Assembly (NCBI GenBank): GCA_021432655.1
Contig: MU271205.1
Span: 62,001 to 126,000, forward strand
Direction of reading: 5' to 3'
DNA: 64,000 bases
Source of the DNA: Atractiella rhizophila
Taxonomy: Eukaryota
This document shows positions 62,621-64,000 of this stretch, piece by piece. The stretch's first letter is position 1. Every line of letters begins with the position of its first letter. Made by a program: the position numbers and the translations under genes. The notes beneath the pieces are model-generated. The model saw nothing but the letters and a program-made list of their open reading frames with translations. It was not told the origin of the DNA and did not search any database.

Positions 62621-64000
62621 CGCTGTGGTATTCTACGACAGTGGCTCAAGTCGATAATTTCCGAAAGCAGTTACCGTCGAGTTTCTGATGAGCACTTGAG
62701 TAGGGATACCGCGTACACCGATCTGGATTTTATTGATGAGGACATGTTCTCAGAACAGAACAAGACGGATTTCTCGACCGTTCTCGTCTTCATGATGGGG
62801 AACGAAATTGAAAAGTATCAATTGCTGGTCCTCAGATTACAGTATGCTTACAGCCCAGGTCACCCCGACACAGCCATTACCCAGACGACCCAGATCACTC
62901 GGAGTTCACTCCAGATCCAATTTTCGCCCGTGCTCCATTCTTCCAGCGCGGTTGCAATGATGTTAGACTGGATGGGGCTTTGCATGGAGCTCCATTTTGA
63001 CGGCCTACGAATCAGAGTCAATCACGTTAGAATATTGAAATGGAAACTAAAGCCAACAGCCTAAGCTCCTGAGGCCTGAGGCTTGATCAACAATTCAAAG
63101 CAATAAATAAAGCAAAGCCAATTGACCCTGAGTAGCATTGCCACAAGTCCATACTGTTATTACTTATTTCTATCACTTTCATCGTTTGATCTCCTGTTTT
63201 GACTTTCTAAACCTCTAAATCTGAAAGACCGCATGGCGTCAGTGCAAGATTATCACCTGGACTGAGTCGGATGATGCGAAGAATGCCCTAGAAAAGGAAA
63301 GAGAAGAAGTAAATGAAGTCTTCGACGTTTGTTTCGCCACAAGCACATGTTGGCGCCCCTGGACTTTGGTTTGACTTGATCTGTCTAGAACTTCAAGCAT
63401 TTACATAATCAACGGGTTTGCTCCCATCTTTTTGCTTCCATGAAGGCTCCCAGTAGATACCGTCGTCGGAATCTTTAAGCTTGCCCGTCCCACTCCTCCA
63501 CACTGCTCAGCTTCTCAAACCCTCCATATTATGCGCCAGCCAGGCGACCACATAATTACCCTCGTCCTACAGATCCGAAAAGGCTCGAAACGATACCACC
63601 TCAAACACCAGCTCAAATATCGTTCAAAGGTTTGGGGAATGATGAGAAGTAAGGTCTAGAAACGGTTGTATTATAGAGAATTATACAGTGAAGAAACTTG
63701 ATTAGCTCACCAGGCGGCTAAGCTCAGATGCGCATGTTAACTCTTTAGAGGAGAAAATCACCGCAGTTACTCCAGGCCGTTCGCTGCTCAATGCCGTTGG
63801 TTGCTAGCTGCAGGGTTTTCCTTCTAATAATTCCAGGTTGGACATGAGAATTGGGCATTGTGAACAGCAACAATGTTGTTGACGTGCGGGTGTTCTACGT
63901 TCACACAATGCTTTGTCAAACATGAAGGCGACACAAATGACGGTTGCGCATGAAAGAATCTTAAGAATGCGGATGAAACAAAATGTTCGGTATCAAAATC

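Noticed and set aside
62696..63064. 122-aa ORF
   Set aside because: TTG start, no motif and no splice structure established.

Overview
Gene-dense fungal genomic DNA with short (~50 nt) spliceosomal introns, most likely from a basidiomycete (inferred from a Tsp2-type tetraspanin and Cap64-like genes). Housekeeping genes: RPA3 x2, a GPR1/FUN34/YaaH transporter, phosphoglucomutase, BRX1, an aspartic protease, NTR2/GCFC, CCDC47/DUF1682, EF-1beta with an intronic U18 snoRNA, beta-carbonic anhydrase and mS23/RSM25. There are two rearranged zones. (i) A ~3.1 kb tandem duplication (RPA3 + tetraspanin) has a chimeric 19-bp x5 junction repeat. (ii) An 18.7-37.2 kb accessory block carries F-box/LRR genes and degenerate SGNH/Cap64-like genes. 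Here a ~2.35 kb inverted, templated copy was inserted into an older F-box paralog, creating a chimeric gene, and contains a clean 144-bp micro-inversion. Other highlights are a compact thioesterase / FAD-monooxygenase / atypical O-methyltransferase cluster and a large orphan protein built of acidic, His-rich and Gly/Arg/Pro blocks. All calls were made by eye. Exon boundaries are manual predictions and no database searches were run.
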